The notes under the pieces are model-generated. The model saw nothing but the letters and a program-made list of their open reading frames with translations, made no database searches and had not been told where the DNA came from. A stretch of 64,000 nt of DNA from Nitrosopumilus sp. (lineage in GTDB: Archaea > Thermoproteota > Nitrososphaeria > Nitrososphaerales > Nitrosopumilaceae). Below, one piece after another: positions 39,109 through 50,580 of this stretch (positions are counted from its first letter, which is position 1; the number at the start of each line of letters is the position of its first letter). The position numbers and the translations under genes are program-made. The stretch lies in the NCBI GenBank assembly GCA_965224195.1, contig OZ245040.1:1920001-1984000 (forward strand). The letters are read 5' to 3'.

Positions 39109-39309
39109 GTGGTAAGAAAACAATTAACAGAAAAGGAAATTAAAAAACAAAAAGAAGAGCAATCGTTGAGAGCAAAAGCTTCTCGAGCAGCTAGAAGAAG
39201 CGGCAAAAGTATGAAAACTGAAGGTAAAGTAAGCAAAGCAACTGCAAAGACAAAAGAAAATAGATCATCAAAGAAAGTTGCAGCAATAAAAAAGAGAACT
39301 AGAAGTTAG
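39109..39309 (+). CDS. small Lys/Arg-rich basic protein
   Basis: 66 aa, strongly basic, low complexity. Confidence 0.6.
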   Translation: MVRKQLTEKEIKKQKEEQSLRAKASRAARRSGKSMKTEGKVSKATAKTKENRSSKKVAAIKKRTRS

Positions 39310-39340
39310 ATTTATGTATAAAGTATAAAGAATAGAAACA

Positions 39341-40702
39341 TTGGCAATCCTACCTATCGATAATGGTCGTTACGGCACAAAAGAAATGATGGATATTTTC
39401 AATGAACAAAAGAAAGTAGACTATCAATTAGAAATTGAAGGAGCTGCTGCCATTTCCCAAAGCGAAATAGGGATGATCTCAAAAAGTATAGGTAAAGAAA
39501 TTTACAAAGCAGCAATGTCAGGAAAAATTACTGCGAAAAGAATCAAGCAGTTAGAGGCAAAAAGTGATCACGATACTGCAGCTTTGGTAGAATCACTAAG
39601 TGAGAAATGTAGTAAAAACGCCAAACCTTGGATACATTATGGGTTAACAAGTAATGATTTAGTTGACACAAGTAACTCAATGCAAATGAGAGATGCATTG
39701 CAAATTATTGAACCAAAAGTTGCAAAGATGGCATCGATTCTTGCAAAAAAAGCTGTAAAACATGGGAAGATCCCAGCAGTTGGTAGAACCCATGGTCAAC
39801 ATGCAAGTATCATTTCATTTGGATTAAAATTTGCAAATTGGGCTGCAGAAATGGCAAAACATGTAGAACGTATTGAAGAGATTAAGAAAAGAATTTTGAT
39901 TTGTAAAACATTAGGTGTTGTAGGTACAGGCTCACTAATGGGTGCAAAATCACTTGAAGTGCAAAAAAGAGCTGCAAAACGATTAAAATTATTCCCAGCA
40001 GAAGTTACAACACAAGTTGTTACCAGAGAAAGATATGCTGAATATGTATTTGAGTTGGCATTAATTGGTGCAACATTAGAAAAAATTGCAATAGAGATTA
40101 GAAATTTACAAAGAACAGAAATTGGAGAAGTTGCAGAACAATTCAAGAAAGGGCAGATGGGAAGTAGTGCAGTTCCTGTAAAAAGAAATCCGATTAAAAG
40201 TGAACGAGTATCATCATTATCTAAACTAGTAAGAAGTCAAGTTGCAGTTGCATTTGAAAATATTCCATTATGGCATGAGAGAGATCTTTCAAATTCAGCA
40301 AATGAGAGATTTATTCTTCCAACAGTTTCAATTCTAGTTGATGAAATGTTAGAAACTATGACTAGAATTGTTTCAAACTTGATGGTAAATGAGAAAAGAA
40401 TTGTAGATAACCTATACATCACAAAGGGACAAATATTTGCAGAGTTTGTTTTAGAAGCCTTAATCAAAAAAGGAATTCCAAGATTTGAAGCATACAGAGA
40501 TGTTCAGAGAGTTGCATTTGAAGCAAATGACAAGGGGATGCTCTACAAGGATGCAATTAAAAACGACAAAGCATTTTCCTCAAAGTTAACAGACAAAGAA
40601 ATTGATGCAATATTCTCACCAGAAAAACATCTTGGTGCATCACCTGCAATTATTAGTAATGTAGAGAAATCAGTCAAGAAAACAGTTCAGAAATTCATCT
40701 AG
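39341..40702 (+). CDS. purB: adenylosuccinate lyase
   Basis: HYGLTSND, GRTHGQHA, GSSAVPVKRNP, WHERDL. Confidence 0.96.
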   Translation: MAILPIDNGRYGTKEMMDIFNEQKKVDYQLEIEGAAAISQSEIGMISKSIGKEIYKAAMSGKITAKRIKQLEAKSDHDTAALVESLSEKCSKNAKPWIHYGLTSNDLVDTSNSMQMRDALQIIEPKVAKMASILAKKAVKHGKIPAVGRTHGQHASIISFGLKFANWAAEMAKHVERIEEIKKRILICKTLGVVGTGSLMGAKSLEVQKRAAKRLKLFPAEVTTQVVTRERYAEYVFELALIGATLEKIAIEIRNLQRTEIGEVAEQFKKGQMGSSAVPVKRNPIKSERVSSLSKLVRSQVAVAFENIPLWHERDLSNSANERFILPTVSILVDEMLETMTRIVSNLMVNEKRIVDNLYITKGQIFAEFVLEALIKKGIPRFEAYRDVQRVAFEANDKGMLYKDAIKNDKAFSSKLTDKEIDAIFSPEKHLGASPAIISNVEKSVKKTVQKFI

Positions 40703-41450
40703 TTTTCAGTAAAGTCTTGTGAATTTTAGTACCATATTGCAATGCTTTTTTTTGTTTTGTACAAGAAAGTTCTGGAACGTTAACTTCACTAGCTAATTTA
40801 CGAATAATGTGTTTACGATATAGATCTTCTGAATCATGGATTTTTTCAGATATAGGAACAGTTTTTGCATATTCAATAAATTTTTCTGAGAGTAATGGCT
40901 GGAGTATTTTTACTCCAAATTCAGATGCAACTAGATTTACTGCCTTTATCATTTTCAGTTCGTTATCTAATTTAGATATCATCACTTCATTGATTTGTGA
41001 CTCGCCACCGGAAAATGCTTCTCTGTATGCATTGTAGCCACAAAACAATTCATCTATTCCATTTGCAGTAATTACAGTATCAAGATCTAAAGAGTTTGCA
41101 AGTTTTGAAACATAATGAAAAGCAATACAATTTTCATTCCAAGATAAATTATCAGTCTTTATTGTTTGGTTAATTTTTGAAGAAACAGATACAAATGTAT
41201 CGGGATCAATTTCCAAAATATGATGAGGATATTTTAGAAATTCATTGACATGTTTTGCAAATAAAATATCATGTGATTCTAAAAATCCAATTGTAAGTAA
41301 TGTAACATCAAAATCCATATCTGAGCAAATTTTTGATATTAATGTACTATCAACACCACCAGAAAAAGCAATTCCAATTTTCTTTACTTTGACAGTTTCA
41401 GAAATAGAATTCTGGATATTATCAAGTAATTTTTTGTTCATATCATTCAT
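40695..41450 (-). CDS. asparagine synthase C-terminal-domain protein
   Basis: PP-loop AFSGGVDS, GIDELFCGY, KKALQYG; no glutaminase domain. Confidence 0.88.
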   Translation of the reverse strand: MNDMNKKLLDNIQNSISETVKVKKIGIAFSGGVDSTLISKICSDMDFDVTLLTIGFLESHDILFAKHVNEFLKYPHHILEIDPDTFVSVSSKINQTIKTDNLSWNENCIAFHYVSKLANSLDLDTVITANGIDELFCGYNAYREAFSGGESQINEVMISKLDNELKMIKAVNLVASEFGVKILQPLLSEKFIEYAKTVPISEKIHDSEDLYRKHIIRKLASEVNVPELSCTKQKKALQYGTKIHKTLLKTR

Positions 41451-41522
41451 TTTGACTTACTCCGCACATTCGATATGGGGTAATGAATCAATCTTTTAAT
41501 TTAACGTCAAATGTAGCACAGT

Positions 41523-41801
41523 ATGATGAGATTATCTCAATTAGACATTGAGGAGCAGTTAAAGAATCTCTCAGGATGGAGTGTTGTTAATGAAAAACTA
41601 CACAAGGAATTTCAATTCAATAATTTCAATCAGGCATTTGGTTTTATGACCAGAGCAGCTATGGAAATTGAGAAAATGAATCATCATCCAGAATGGTTTA
41701 ACGTGTATAATAGGATCACCATAGAATTAACAACTCATGATGCTGGAGGTATCACAAAAAATGATGTCAATCTGGCTAAAATTCTAAATTCTTTGGAATA
41801 G
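41523..41801 (+). CDS. pterin-4-alpha-carbinolamine dehydratase
   Basis: [22 protein letters not shown]. Confidence 0.93.
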   Translation: MMRLSQLDIEEQLKNLSGWSVVNEKLHKEFQFNNFNQAFGFMTRAAMEIEKMNHHPEWFNVYNRITIELTTHDAGGITKNDVNLAKILNSLE

Positions 41802-41870
41802 CTACAAATGAAGAATTTTAGGCACAATCATTACAGAATTTATATTATATCCAAAGTCAGTTGACTTCAC

Positions 41871-42686
41871 ATGGCTTCAAGTCCTACAATATTAGATTCA
41901 GATTTTCGATATATCGATAAGAAAGGAAACTTGCTCAAAACTAGAACCGAATTAACAGTAGCACAGATGCTTACATTTCTTGAAGAAGATTATGAATACA
42001 ACCACAAAGTTACGCTAAAAAATGGAACTGAGGTAATAGTGGATTTCAAAACCGAAAAAGGATTGATTGAAGTTATTGACACAGATAAGGATATTGAAAA
42101 ATATAAACAGGTCAAAGAAGATTTCCCTGAAAATAAAGTAATGGCAATAGGACATGCAAAATATGTTGCACAGATTAAAGAATTACAAGATATTGTATTT
42201 TATGATAAAACTCCACAAACAGGATCCATATTTTTAGAGGATGCATCATTCTCATTTGATTATGCACATATTCTTCCATTAGTTGAAAAATGTTCTATTC
42301 TACACGGACATACATCTTCTGTAATGGTTGAACTTATAGGACAGATGAAAGACAATCTTCTTTTAGATTTTGGAGATGCTAAAAAAATTATCAAAGAAGT
42401 AGTCAATGTATTTGATCATAAATTCTTCATCAATAGAAAATATTTGCAAAAAGAAGATGATTCACATTATCAAATTCAATTTGAAGGACTTAAAGGTATG
42501 TTTGACTTGCAAGTTCCTAAAAATACAACATATCTATTAGAAGGTGAAGCTACTGTTGAAAATCTTTCAAGTGAAATTATCAAATTATTAGTACCAAAAA
42601 TGCCATTAAATGTAGAGGCAGTAGGTGTTTACATCTATGAAGGTTACAATAAAGGATCTCATATTATTTCAAACATAGAAAGATAG
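41871..42686 (+). CDS. 6-pyruvoyl-tetrahydropterin/6-carboxytetrahydropterin synthase (QueD-like) with extra N-terminal domain
   Basis: FDYAH, CSILHGH, LDFG, FDHKF, ATVENL, YEG. Confidence 0.85.
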   Translation: MASSPTILDSDFRYIDKKGNLLKTRTELTVAQMLTFLEEDYEYNHKVTLKNGTEVIVDFKTEKGLIEVIDTDKDIEKYKQVKEDFPENKVMAIGHAKYVAQIKELQDIVFYDKTPQTGSIFLEDASFSFDYAHILPLVEKCSILHGHTSSVMVELIGQMKDNLLLDFGDAKKIIKEVVNVFDHKFFINRKYLQKEDDSHYQIQFEGLKGMFDLQVPKNTTYLLEGEATVENLSSEIIKLLVPKMPLNVEAVGVYIYEGYNKGSHIISNIER

Positions 42687-42693
42687 TTAGAAA

Positions 42694-45012
42694 ATGGAAC
42701 CTAAAATATCAGAGAAAGCATGGAATCCAGAATTAGAAAAAGAAATTCTAAAACAATGGGATGAAGAAAAAATTTATGATTTTACACCACAAGATGATAA
42801 TTTCACAATAGATACGCCTCCTCCATATCCATCAGGTAGACCTTGGCATATTGGTGCTGCAGCGCATTATTCACAAATTGATATGATTGCAAGAACCGCA
42901 AGAATGGCAGGCAAAAATGTCTATTTTCCAATAGGAATTGACAGAAATGGACTTCCAGTAGAACTCTACACTGAGAAAAAACACAAAATTAGAATGAGAG
43001 AAACAGAAAGAGGTGAATTTCTAAATCTATGTAGAGAAGCACTAGATGATTTGGAAGCTGAGATGATTCTCATTATGAAAAGTTTGGGTCTTAGTGGTGA
43101 TTTTGCAAATTACTATAGAACAGATTCAGAAGAATATAGGACACTTACTCAGTCAACATTCATTGATTTATGGAAAAAAGGACAAGTGTATCTTGCAAAT
43201 AGGCCAAATAATTACGATTGGGTATCAGGTACAACAATAGCAGATGCAGAAATAATCTATGAAGATTTATCTACAAAACTAGTTTACATGAAATTCAAAA
43301 TTAAAGATACAGATAAAGAAATAATCATTGCAAGTACAAGACCAGAGTTACTTTGTGCATGTAGAACCATCATTGTAAATTCTGAAGATGAAAGATATAC
43401 ACAATACATTGGAAAAAAAATCATTGTTCCAATTACTAATGCAGAAGTTGAATTAAGAACACATCACTCTGCTCAACAGGAATTTGGTTCGGGAGCTGTA
43501 ATGGTGTGTAGTTATGGTGATCAAAACGATGTTGCATTATTTAGAGAATTAGAGTTAGAAAAGATTGTTGCAATTGGATTAGATGGAAGAATGACTAAAG
43601 TTGCTGGTGAATATACAGGATTAAAGCCAAAACAAGCAAGAACAAAAATCATAGAAGACCTGGAAACTAAAGGATTTCTAAAAAAAACTGAAGACATTGT
43701 TCACAGAACACCAGTATCAGAGAGAAGCAAAGCACCAATTGAAATTATTCCAATGGAAGAATACTATTTAAAACAAAAAGAAACAGTTCCAAAAATCAAG
43801 AGTTTAGGACAAGAAATAGAATTTCATCCACCAATGCATAAGCAAATTCTGATGAATTGGCTAGAATCTATCAATATTGACTGGCCAATTTCAAGGAGAA
43901 GATACTATGGTACTGAGATCCCAATATGGTACTGTAAAAAATGCTCAGAACCTCATGTTCCTGAGCCTGGAAAATACTATAAACCCTGGAATGAAAAATG
44001 TCCAATCAGTAATTGTACCAAATGTGATTTCACAGAATTTGTTGGGGAAGAACGAACATTTGACACATGGATGGATTCCAGCGTATCTCCACTTTTCATT
44101 AGCAAGTTTAACAGAGATGACGAATTTTTCAAAAAAGTATATCCTGCATCAATTAGACCTCAAGCAAAAGATATTGTTAGAACGTGGTTGTACTATACAC
44201 TTCTTAGATGTGAACAGTTAACTGGAAAGAAACCATGGTCTGAAGCCTGGGTCATGGGGTATGGTCTAGATGAAAAAGGAATGAAAATGAGCAAAAGTAA
44301 AGGGAATGCAATAGATCCTTTACCTGTAATTGAAAAATTAGGTGCTGATACTTTTAGATTTTGGAGTGCTAGTGAAATTAATCATGGATATGATTTTAGA
44401 TGTAACGAGCAAAAAATCGAATCAACAAAAAAATTCCTCAGTAAATTGTGGAATGTATCAAGATTTTTGTCTAGTTTTCCAGTAATTGAATCAGAAAAAC
44501 CTTCTGCATCAGATGAATGGATTTTATCAGAGTTGGACAAGTTAGTCAAGGAATGTAAAAGAGGATATAAAGAATACAACTTTTTCATTCCAGCAATTGC
44601 AATTAGAGAATTCACTTGGAATGTATTTGCCGCTCACTATATTGAAATGGTAAAAGCAAGAGCATATGGAATTGGATTTTCTGATGAAGAAAGGGATGGT
44701 GCAATATTTACACTACATAAAACATTATCAACAATTTTAAAATTATTAGCACCAATTACTCCATTTATCACAGAACATCTTTGGAAAGAACTGTATTCAA
44801 AAAATAGTATTCATAAAGAAAAACATGTTGAACCTGAAAATATTAAAGAGCAAAGTAATGTTACAAAAGAAATTTCAGAATTTAACTCCAAAGTATGGAA
44901 TGAGAAGAAATCTCAAAATCTATCATTAAAAGATTCAATCAAGATAGAAATTCCAGAATCTTTAGAACTATTCAAGAAAGATTTGAAATCTATGCACAAT
45001 TTGCTGGATTGA
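42694..45012 (+). CDS. valS: valine--tRNA ligase
   Basis: IDTPPPYPSG, HIGA (HIGH-like), WPISRRRYYG, DTWMDSS, KMSKS. Confidence 0.95.
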   Translation: MEPKISEKAWNPELEKEILKQWDEEKIYDFTPQDDNFTIDTPPPYPSGRPWHIGAAAHYSQIDMIARTARMAGKNVYFPIGIDRNGLPVELYTEKKHKIRMRETERGEFLNLCREALDDLEAEMILIMKSLGLSGDFANYYRTDSEEYRTLTQSTFIDLWKKGQVYLANRPNNYDWVSGTTIADAEIIYEDLSTKLVYMKFKIKDTDKEIIIASTRPELLCACRTIIVNSEDERYTQYIGKKIIVPITNAEVELRTHHSAQQEFGSGAVMVCSYGDQNDVALFRELELEKIVAIGLDGRMTKVAGEYTGLKPKQARTKIIEDLETKGFLKKTEDIVHRTPVSERSKAPIEIIPMEEYYLKQKETVPKIKSLGQEIEFHPPMHKQILMNWLESINIDWPISRRRYYGTEIPIWYCKKCSEPHVPEPGKYYKPWNEKCPISNCTKCDFTEFVGEERTFDTWMDSSVSPLFISKFNRDDEFFKKVYPASIRPQAKDIVRTWLYYTLLRCEQLTGKKPWSEAWVMGYGLDEKGMKMSKSKGNAIDPLPVIEKLGADTFRFWSASEINHGYDFRCNEQKIESTKKFLSKLWNVSRFLSSFPVIESEKPSASDEWILSELDKLVKECKRGYKEYNFFIPAIAIREFTWNVFAAHYIEMVKARAYGIGFSDEERDGAIFTLHKTLSTILKLLAPITPFITEHLWKELYSKNSIHKEKHVEPENIKEQSNVTKEISEFNSKVWNEKKSQNLSLKDSIKIEIPESLELFKKDLKSMHNLLD

Positions 45013-45018
45013 GCCTGA

Positions 45019-45558
45019 TTATACCTGTAAAATACCATTTGTAATCAAATACTGAATTCCTTGAATAAACGTAGTATCATCTATTTGGTCATCTGCCCAC
45101 CATCCAGCATTACTCTTAATCCAAGATGGAATTTCAGGTTCTGAGGAAAAAGGATTGAGTGCATCAGTTCCAATAATATCAATAACAGAATCGCCACCAA
45201 AAAATGGGATTACAAGAGTTCTATATTCGGATGTAGAATTTATTTCTGCATAATCTGTTTCAAATCCATCAACTAAAACAAAAAATTCGTCATCTAACGT
45301 GTCAAATTTTGCATCCAATAAGGATCTTGGGATTGTAATCTCAACAGCTCCATCAGAAGAAGCATCCATTGTGAGAATTATTTCAACAAAATCAGGATCC
45401 AGGAAAATTGTGTCAAGAATACCATTTTCAATATTATAATCTACATCAAATGAATCAACAGATACGGTTCCAACATCTCCATATGAGAATTGGAACGATG
45501 TAAAAAGAATAAAAATAAACAGAAAACTCAAAAGATAAGTTGGATTTTTAATATTCAA
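45019..45558 (-). CDS. secreted surface protein with IPxWIKxNAGWWA domain
   Basis: signal peptide, IPRSLLDAK, FFVLVDG, IPSWIKSNAGWWAD...IQYLI. Confidence 0.8.
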   Translation of the reverse strand: MNIKNPTYLLSFLFIFILFTSFQFSYGDVGTVSVDSFDVDYNIENGILDTIFLDPDFVEIILTMDASSDGAVEITIPRSLLDAKFDTLDDEFFVLVDGFETDYAEINSTSEYRTLVIPFFGGDSVIDIIGTDALNPFSSEPEIPSWIKSNAGWWADDQIDDTTFIQGIQYLITNGILQV

Positions 45559-45560
45559 CT

Positions 45561-45812
45561 TTAGTTCCCAGTTATACCTAGATCTTCGTCTAATTCTACA
45601 GAAATTTCATTGCCCGTGGTGTCATCTGTTGTGTCATCTGTTATTGTATCAGTTTTTGTTAATGTACCAGTTCCATCAAGAAACCACATACCAGAAATTT
45701 TACTTTGAGGATTTAAAATTGAAACTTGAGTTGAATCAGTAATTTCACTTATGGGTGAATCAGCATTTAATAAAATTTTGAGCGTAGAATGAACTTCCTC
45801 AATTACATCCAA
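45561..45812 (-). pseudogene. C-terminal fragment of a secreted protein at the island edge
   Basis: no signal peptide; TDDT repeats and acidic EISVELDEDLGI tail. Confidence 0.4.
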
Positions 45813-46031
45813 CTCATCTTAAAACTCAAAAAATTCCCAATTTTGGAACCAAGTACTTGGCATCTAATTTGTTTGGGACTAAAATCATCAGATTATGCTG
45901 AAAATCGTAGTTTTAAGATCGGTTAATTATAAGCAATCTAATACAATAATAAAAAAATACCATACTGTATCAATGTGATATTATATTTGCGATTTGAGAT
46001 CAGATATATCAAAGTTTGATATTATAATACT

Positions 46032-47408
46032 ATGAAACCTCATCTTCTGGCAGCAACAATAGTCTTTTCATTAATACTGCTTGTCCCTGGCGGAGCATTT
46101 GCAAACCAGCTGCCAGGAGATGGCATTTTATCAGTACTAAAACAATATGCAAGTAGCGTCCCACTAGATAACATACAGTGCAAAAACCCAGAACATTTTG
46201 TAGCGTTGCGTGATAATGGCAAGCCAATATGCGCCACAGAAAGAACACTTGAGCATCTGGGGCTGGACATGACATATTACAATCCCAAACCAACCACTAC
46301 AAGTGGCACCATTACGCTTGATGACAAGACACACATTCCTTCAAACCCACAAACAACTAATGCAACTACTGGGATAATTACAAACGACTTGGCAGGACAA
46401 ATAGCAGACGAAGGCTTTCCAATGAAACCATTTTGGCCCAAATATACCATAGAATTCCCAATACAGGTCATGGTAGGTGAGCAATTTAATGTAGTTTACA
46501 ACTATGCCTATGTAATACCAGATGATGAGGGAAGCTATGAGGAGTACGAGTATATATGTGAAAGAGACTATTGTCAGGATGATAAACTATACTTTTCTGC
46601 ACCTGACTATGTAACCATACACAACAATGACCTTGTAGACTATGGTGTTGGTACAAATACAATGTATCTGCCGTTTCAAACATACCAGGGCGGTTTTATA
46701 GAAAATATCTATGATGCCTCTGGCCCCCAGAAAAAAACATTCACACTTGCAATAAATGAGCCAAACACTGGATACCGCTATGGAAAGATTATGGTTACCA
46801 TGAATTCCGGTGATGATACAATTTATTTTCATGTTGATAAAAACGGTAACGTAGAGCTAACACAGGATGTCTTGGAGAATTTTGCAGGTTATAATGAATA
46901 TGCAAGCATCCATGCATTCACTAAAGATGGAAACTATCTCAAATACATTGGTGATGATTCTGATTATGAGCAAGATATGTTATATCAACGAGGCTTCCTT
47001 TCTGAATTGCCATCAGTTAAAGAAAAACGAAGTATAGAGCCACTTGAAGTTCCGCATGATGAGATACTTGAGGGGTTTGCAGACTTTTTGCTAAAATATT
47101 ACCCACATGACAATTACAGGGAATATCTGTTGGAACCTGTCTGGGACCTGGATGCTGCATTTCTAGACCGATTGTTTGAGTTGCGCCCTGATCTGGAACC
47201 ACAAAGATTTTCACCTGTTTTAAATTTTTTATTGCCTCAGGCTTTTGGGCAGATGCCTTCTTTTTCTTATGTTTTTGGTAACCTTGTAAATGAGGATAAA
47301 AACGGCAATGAATATTATGTAAAAAATGCCAAAATATGTGCAGTCGATCATCATATAAATAAAAGCAATCCTGGTTCTGCTAACTTATCGAGGGATAAAC
47401 TAGACTGA
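46032..47408 (+). CDS. secreted protein, probably C-terminally truncated
   Basis: signal peptide, C..PEH.V..R.NGKP.C...T motif; visibly higher GC than the core; ends at an AT-rich junction. Confidence 0.7.
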   Translation: MKPHLLAATIVFSLILLVPGGAFANQLPGDGILSVLKQYASSVPLDNIQCKNPEHFVALRDNGKPICATERTLEHLGLDMTYYNPKPTTTSGTITLDDKTHIPSNPQTTNATTGIITNDLAGQIADEGFPMKPFWPKYTIEFPIQVMVGEQFNVVYNYAYVIPDDEGSYEEYEYICERDYCQDDKLYFSAPDYVTIHNNDLVDYGVGTNTMYLPFQTYQGGFIENIYDASGPQKKTFTLAINEPNTGYRYGKIMVTMNSGDDTIYFHVDKNGNVELTQDVLENFAGYNEYASIHAFTKDGNYLKYIGDDSDYEQDMLYQRGFLSELPSVKEKRSIEPLEVPHDEILEGFADFLLKYYPHDNYREYLLEPVWDLDAAFLDRLFELRPDLEPQRFSPVLNFLLPQAFGQMPSFSYVFGNLVNEDKNGNEYYVKNAKICAVDHHINKSNPGSANLSRDKLD

Positions 47409-47790
47409 ATTTTCCTTTTAACACAATTTTGGAAAATTGGATTAGGTTCTGTAAAGTTATCGAGATCTGAAATATGAATTTTCTCTAAATTGAATTTTCC
47501 TTGTGTAAACTAGCATTTTGAATTTATAATTTTACATCATCTATATTCTGCAAGACTGATAAACCATTAATTTGAATCTTGTATTTTCCCCATTTTTGGA
47601 AATTTTTCTTAAGTTTTGATATGAATTAAATTATCAATTCTCTCATGGTACTATCAAAATCAGGTATTGGCATATTTAATACACACTCAAAATTATTGCC
47701 ACCCATATTATTTATGACAAACTTTGGATTTTTTATTCTTTCCTTAATTGGCCCATTACCATCAGGTTTCAAATCAGATATTGATTTTTC

Positions 47791-48860
47791 TAGATGAGTT
47801 GCGCAATTACAAACAGAAATCTAACTTTTCTGTCATTTAATTCTTAATTTTATGGAATTGCAATGAATTCTTCTTTCCATTTAATCTTGAAATTGACAGT
47901 CCCACAAACAATTTCACTTATCACATCATATCTGCATAATTTGTTTCTAAACACATCGCGATTTATCCGAAATTGCTTGACTTGTGCAATAACATGTTCA
48001 ACTTTTATTCTAATTTTTGACTGCATCTTGTTCCACTCCTTTTGAGTAACAGTCAATTTTTTTCCTTTCTTTTTCTTGTATGGCAAAACACTTGCCTGTT
48101 CTGGAAAGTCTTTTTCCATCCCCAAATATCCAAGATCATAAGACTGCAGCAACCCTTCAGATAATGTTGGATGCTTTGATTTGTAAATTCTGTAATCATG
48201 ATGGCTGCCAGGCGAATGTGCAGATTTGTGGATTGTTATCCCATCAGGATTTATGGCGATTTGATTTTGTACTGCATGCTTTTTCTTTTTGCCTGAATGG
48301 TGTGTCCTTCTTTTCTTTTTGTTTTTTGGTCTTGGGATGGGCTGTTCTGTGCCATCAGTGATTGCAATTAATTCCGGAAAGAATTCTTGCAATTTCTGCA
48401 TGCCGTTAATCTTTTTTGAGTCTGCATATTTTTTGGCAGCAATTATAATGGACTGCTTCACTGCAGGCTCCAAACATCTGATGTTTCTCATTACGTTTGG
48501 TTTGTCCAAATCAAATATCATCCCTGGCATGTCATATGTTGTGTACATTCTGTAGTACATGAAAAACATTAGAATTCTGCCTTTGAAGGATAAGTCAAAC
48601 TTGTGTCCTGCACCAATGTCTCTTTCTCTGTTTTTGGACAATCTCTTTTGTTCTGCAGTTTTGTAATTTTTCTTTATTTCTTTGTATAGGGAATCAAACT
48701 GTGGAACAGTTAGTCCTGCTATTGACAGGAATTGCTTTGGTTTTTTTGCCAGTTTGTGCAATTAAACATGAATTGAAAATAATTCAGTCTTAGCTTTGGA
48801 TCTTATGATTAGAAAATGTTGAGATTATACTCAAATTGGACTGATTGCACAACTCATCTA
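47791..48860 (-). mobile_element. IS5-family (ISL2/IS702-like) insertion sequence
   Basis: TIRs TAGATGAGTTGCGCAAT (47791-47807) and ATTGCACAACTCATCTA (48844-48860), 16/17; terminal TA may be the target duplication. Confidence 0.88.
47850..48769 (-). CDS. IS5/ISL2-type DDE transposase (possible frameshift at the start)
   Basis: ITDGTEQPIPRP, SGKKKKH, HD, YDLGY, RIKVEH; ATG at 48769 is out of frame with the long ORF (TTG 48761). Confidence 0.88.
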
Positions 48861-49018
48861 TTGATGTTGATAATACTCAAACTCTCTTTGTATTATTTGA
48901 TAATCGGCATTCTTGGGCTACCGACAAAAAGATATTGTCAAAAATACAAGAAGAATGGGATGAAGATGGAAAAATAAAAAATTCTGCTTTTGTAATTATG
49001 CCTATAGGCAATCCTGAT
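48858..49018 (+). repeat. 161-bp inverted duplication of 51724-51884
   Basis: near identical; one substitution seen (CCT/TCT). Confidence 0.9.
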
Positions 49019-49111
49019 TCATTCACTAAATGATCAGTTTTGGAATAAGTTGAATGTTGCTTTCAAAGGCATACTACACCCACACCCTTCCTAACTAACC
49101 GATAAGTTTTA

Positions 49112-49432
49112 CTAAGCAGGAATTGGTTCTTGTATCGCTTTCTTCATAGATTGCTTCCCAAGTTCATTATCCAGATCTTTAAACTTCTGGATAAGTGTAG
49201 AATCTGGATTCAGTGCATACAGTTGTGCCTTACCATACTTTCTTGTAGTTTTTAGATATTCAAATTCTAAAATTCCATCCCAAACCTTGTAAAATGTAGT
49301 TTTAGAAATACCAGTGTACTCTATAATCTCTTTTTTAGAATAGTCACTCTCTCTATTTTCCAGAAAGAAGTCTATTATTCTAAGTTTAGGAGTATCTCCC
49401 ATGTACTGTAGGAGTAGTGATTGGTCTTCCAT
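49112..49432 (-). CDS. winged-HTH regulator, paralog of 20826..21239
   Basis: RIIDFFLENRESDYSKKEII..TGIS...TRKYGKAQLYALN. Confidence 0.85.
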   Translation of the reverse strand: MEDQSLLLQYMGDTPKLRIIDFFLENRESDYSKKEIIEYTGISKTTFYKVWDGILEFEYLKTTRKYGKAQLYALNPDSTLIQKFKDLDNELGKQSMKKAIQEPIPA

Positions 49433-49493
49433 GTAATACTATGATCTTAAATGTATTTAAATGTGAACCAATAAAGGTACTGTAAGTGAACAC

Positions 49494-49763
49494 ATGCTAA
49501 TCGACGAGGAAATCAAAGGAAGAATCATACGAAAACTCTTCAGACGTGGAAATTGGGGTGCTAGTCACACCTCATTTGAGAATCTCAAAAAAGGATTCAC
49601 ACAAAGAGATACTGGAAAACAAGGTTCCAAAAAAGTAGACAAAATGGGAGAATCTCTGATCAAAGAGAATCTGATTTTATCAAAACCTACAGGATATGGA
49701 TTAGAGGTCAGTTTGAATCCAAAGATGATTGACAAGATTCAAGAATATTTAGAGAAAGAATAA
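49494..49763 (+). CDS. small wHTH-like partner protein
   Basis: IIRKLFRRGNWGASHT...LIKENLILSKPTGYGLEVSLNP; divergent from the HTH gene. Confidence 0.75.
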   Translation: MLIDEEIKGRIIRKLFRRGNWGASHTSFENLKKGFTQRDTGKQGSKKVDKMGESLIKENLILSKPTGYGLEVSLNPKMIDKIQEYLEKE

Positions 49764-49813
49764 TTTGTTTAATAAAAAAACGAGCCCGTGAAATTGTTGG
49801 AGAATTAAGGGAA

Positions 49814-50580
49814 TACTCTGTCGAACAAATCATTTCTAGCTAACTTTTGATTTCCCTCAAACACTTGCAAATAAATTATACAACTCGACTTTTAATTCCA
49901 ATTCCTTTATCATGTATTTTCTTTTGTGAGCCATGACATACTCACCAAACATCCTTTTGAATGTAGAAAAGACACACTCTACAATCCATCTATTCCCATA
50001 GCTAACGCTGCGCTTCCACAAATCCAAATTATACATTTGAGCCAAAACTGATTTCTTTCTCAGATAACATTTTGTTTTGATAGATGATGTTTTTCTAACT
50101 TTAACTGCAGGCAGTGCATTTGTGTTGTGGTACAGATATGAAAAGTTGTTTTCTGAATCATATGCGCCATCAGCTAGAGCCTTGATTACATTTCCTTTGT
50201 ACAATGCTTGTTGTACTAGTTCTGGCAGATGTGCAGGCATCATGGGATGAATCATCAATTATTTTCAGTGAAACTATTTTCTTTGATTTCACATCTGCAC
50301 CAACATGGATTTTTAGAAACCCTCTCCTCATGTGCCATTTCTGCCTCATCCATTCACCTCTGTTTGCAACCTTGATTCCTGTACTGTCAATTGCTAAAAT
50401 GATTTCGTTGTTATCTCCAATGGAATTATCAATTTTGATGTCAAGCTTGTTTATTCTCTTGTGGACTGGTGTAAAATCCGGAACTGCTGGAATTCTATTA
50501 CAATATGCACGAATCATTCCTTTCTGTTTGTCTGAATGGCAGTCCAAAATAGATTCTCGCATAACCCAATAATTTCATGA
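49814..50580 (-). pseudogene. IS5-family (IS903/ISH1-like) transposase, frameshifted and 5'-truncated
   Basis: DSTGIK..RGEW, KIH, HD / ADGAYDS, YGNRWIVE..FS.FKR in two frames; IS903-like end TACTCTGTCGAACAAATC at 49814-49831. Confidence 0.88.

Noticed and set aside
45849-45860. Perfect palindrome CCAAGTACTTGG near the island 2 edge
   Set aside because: A single short instance with no partner site at the other border.
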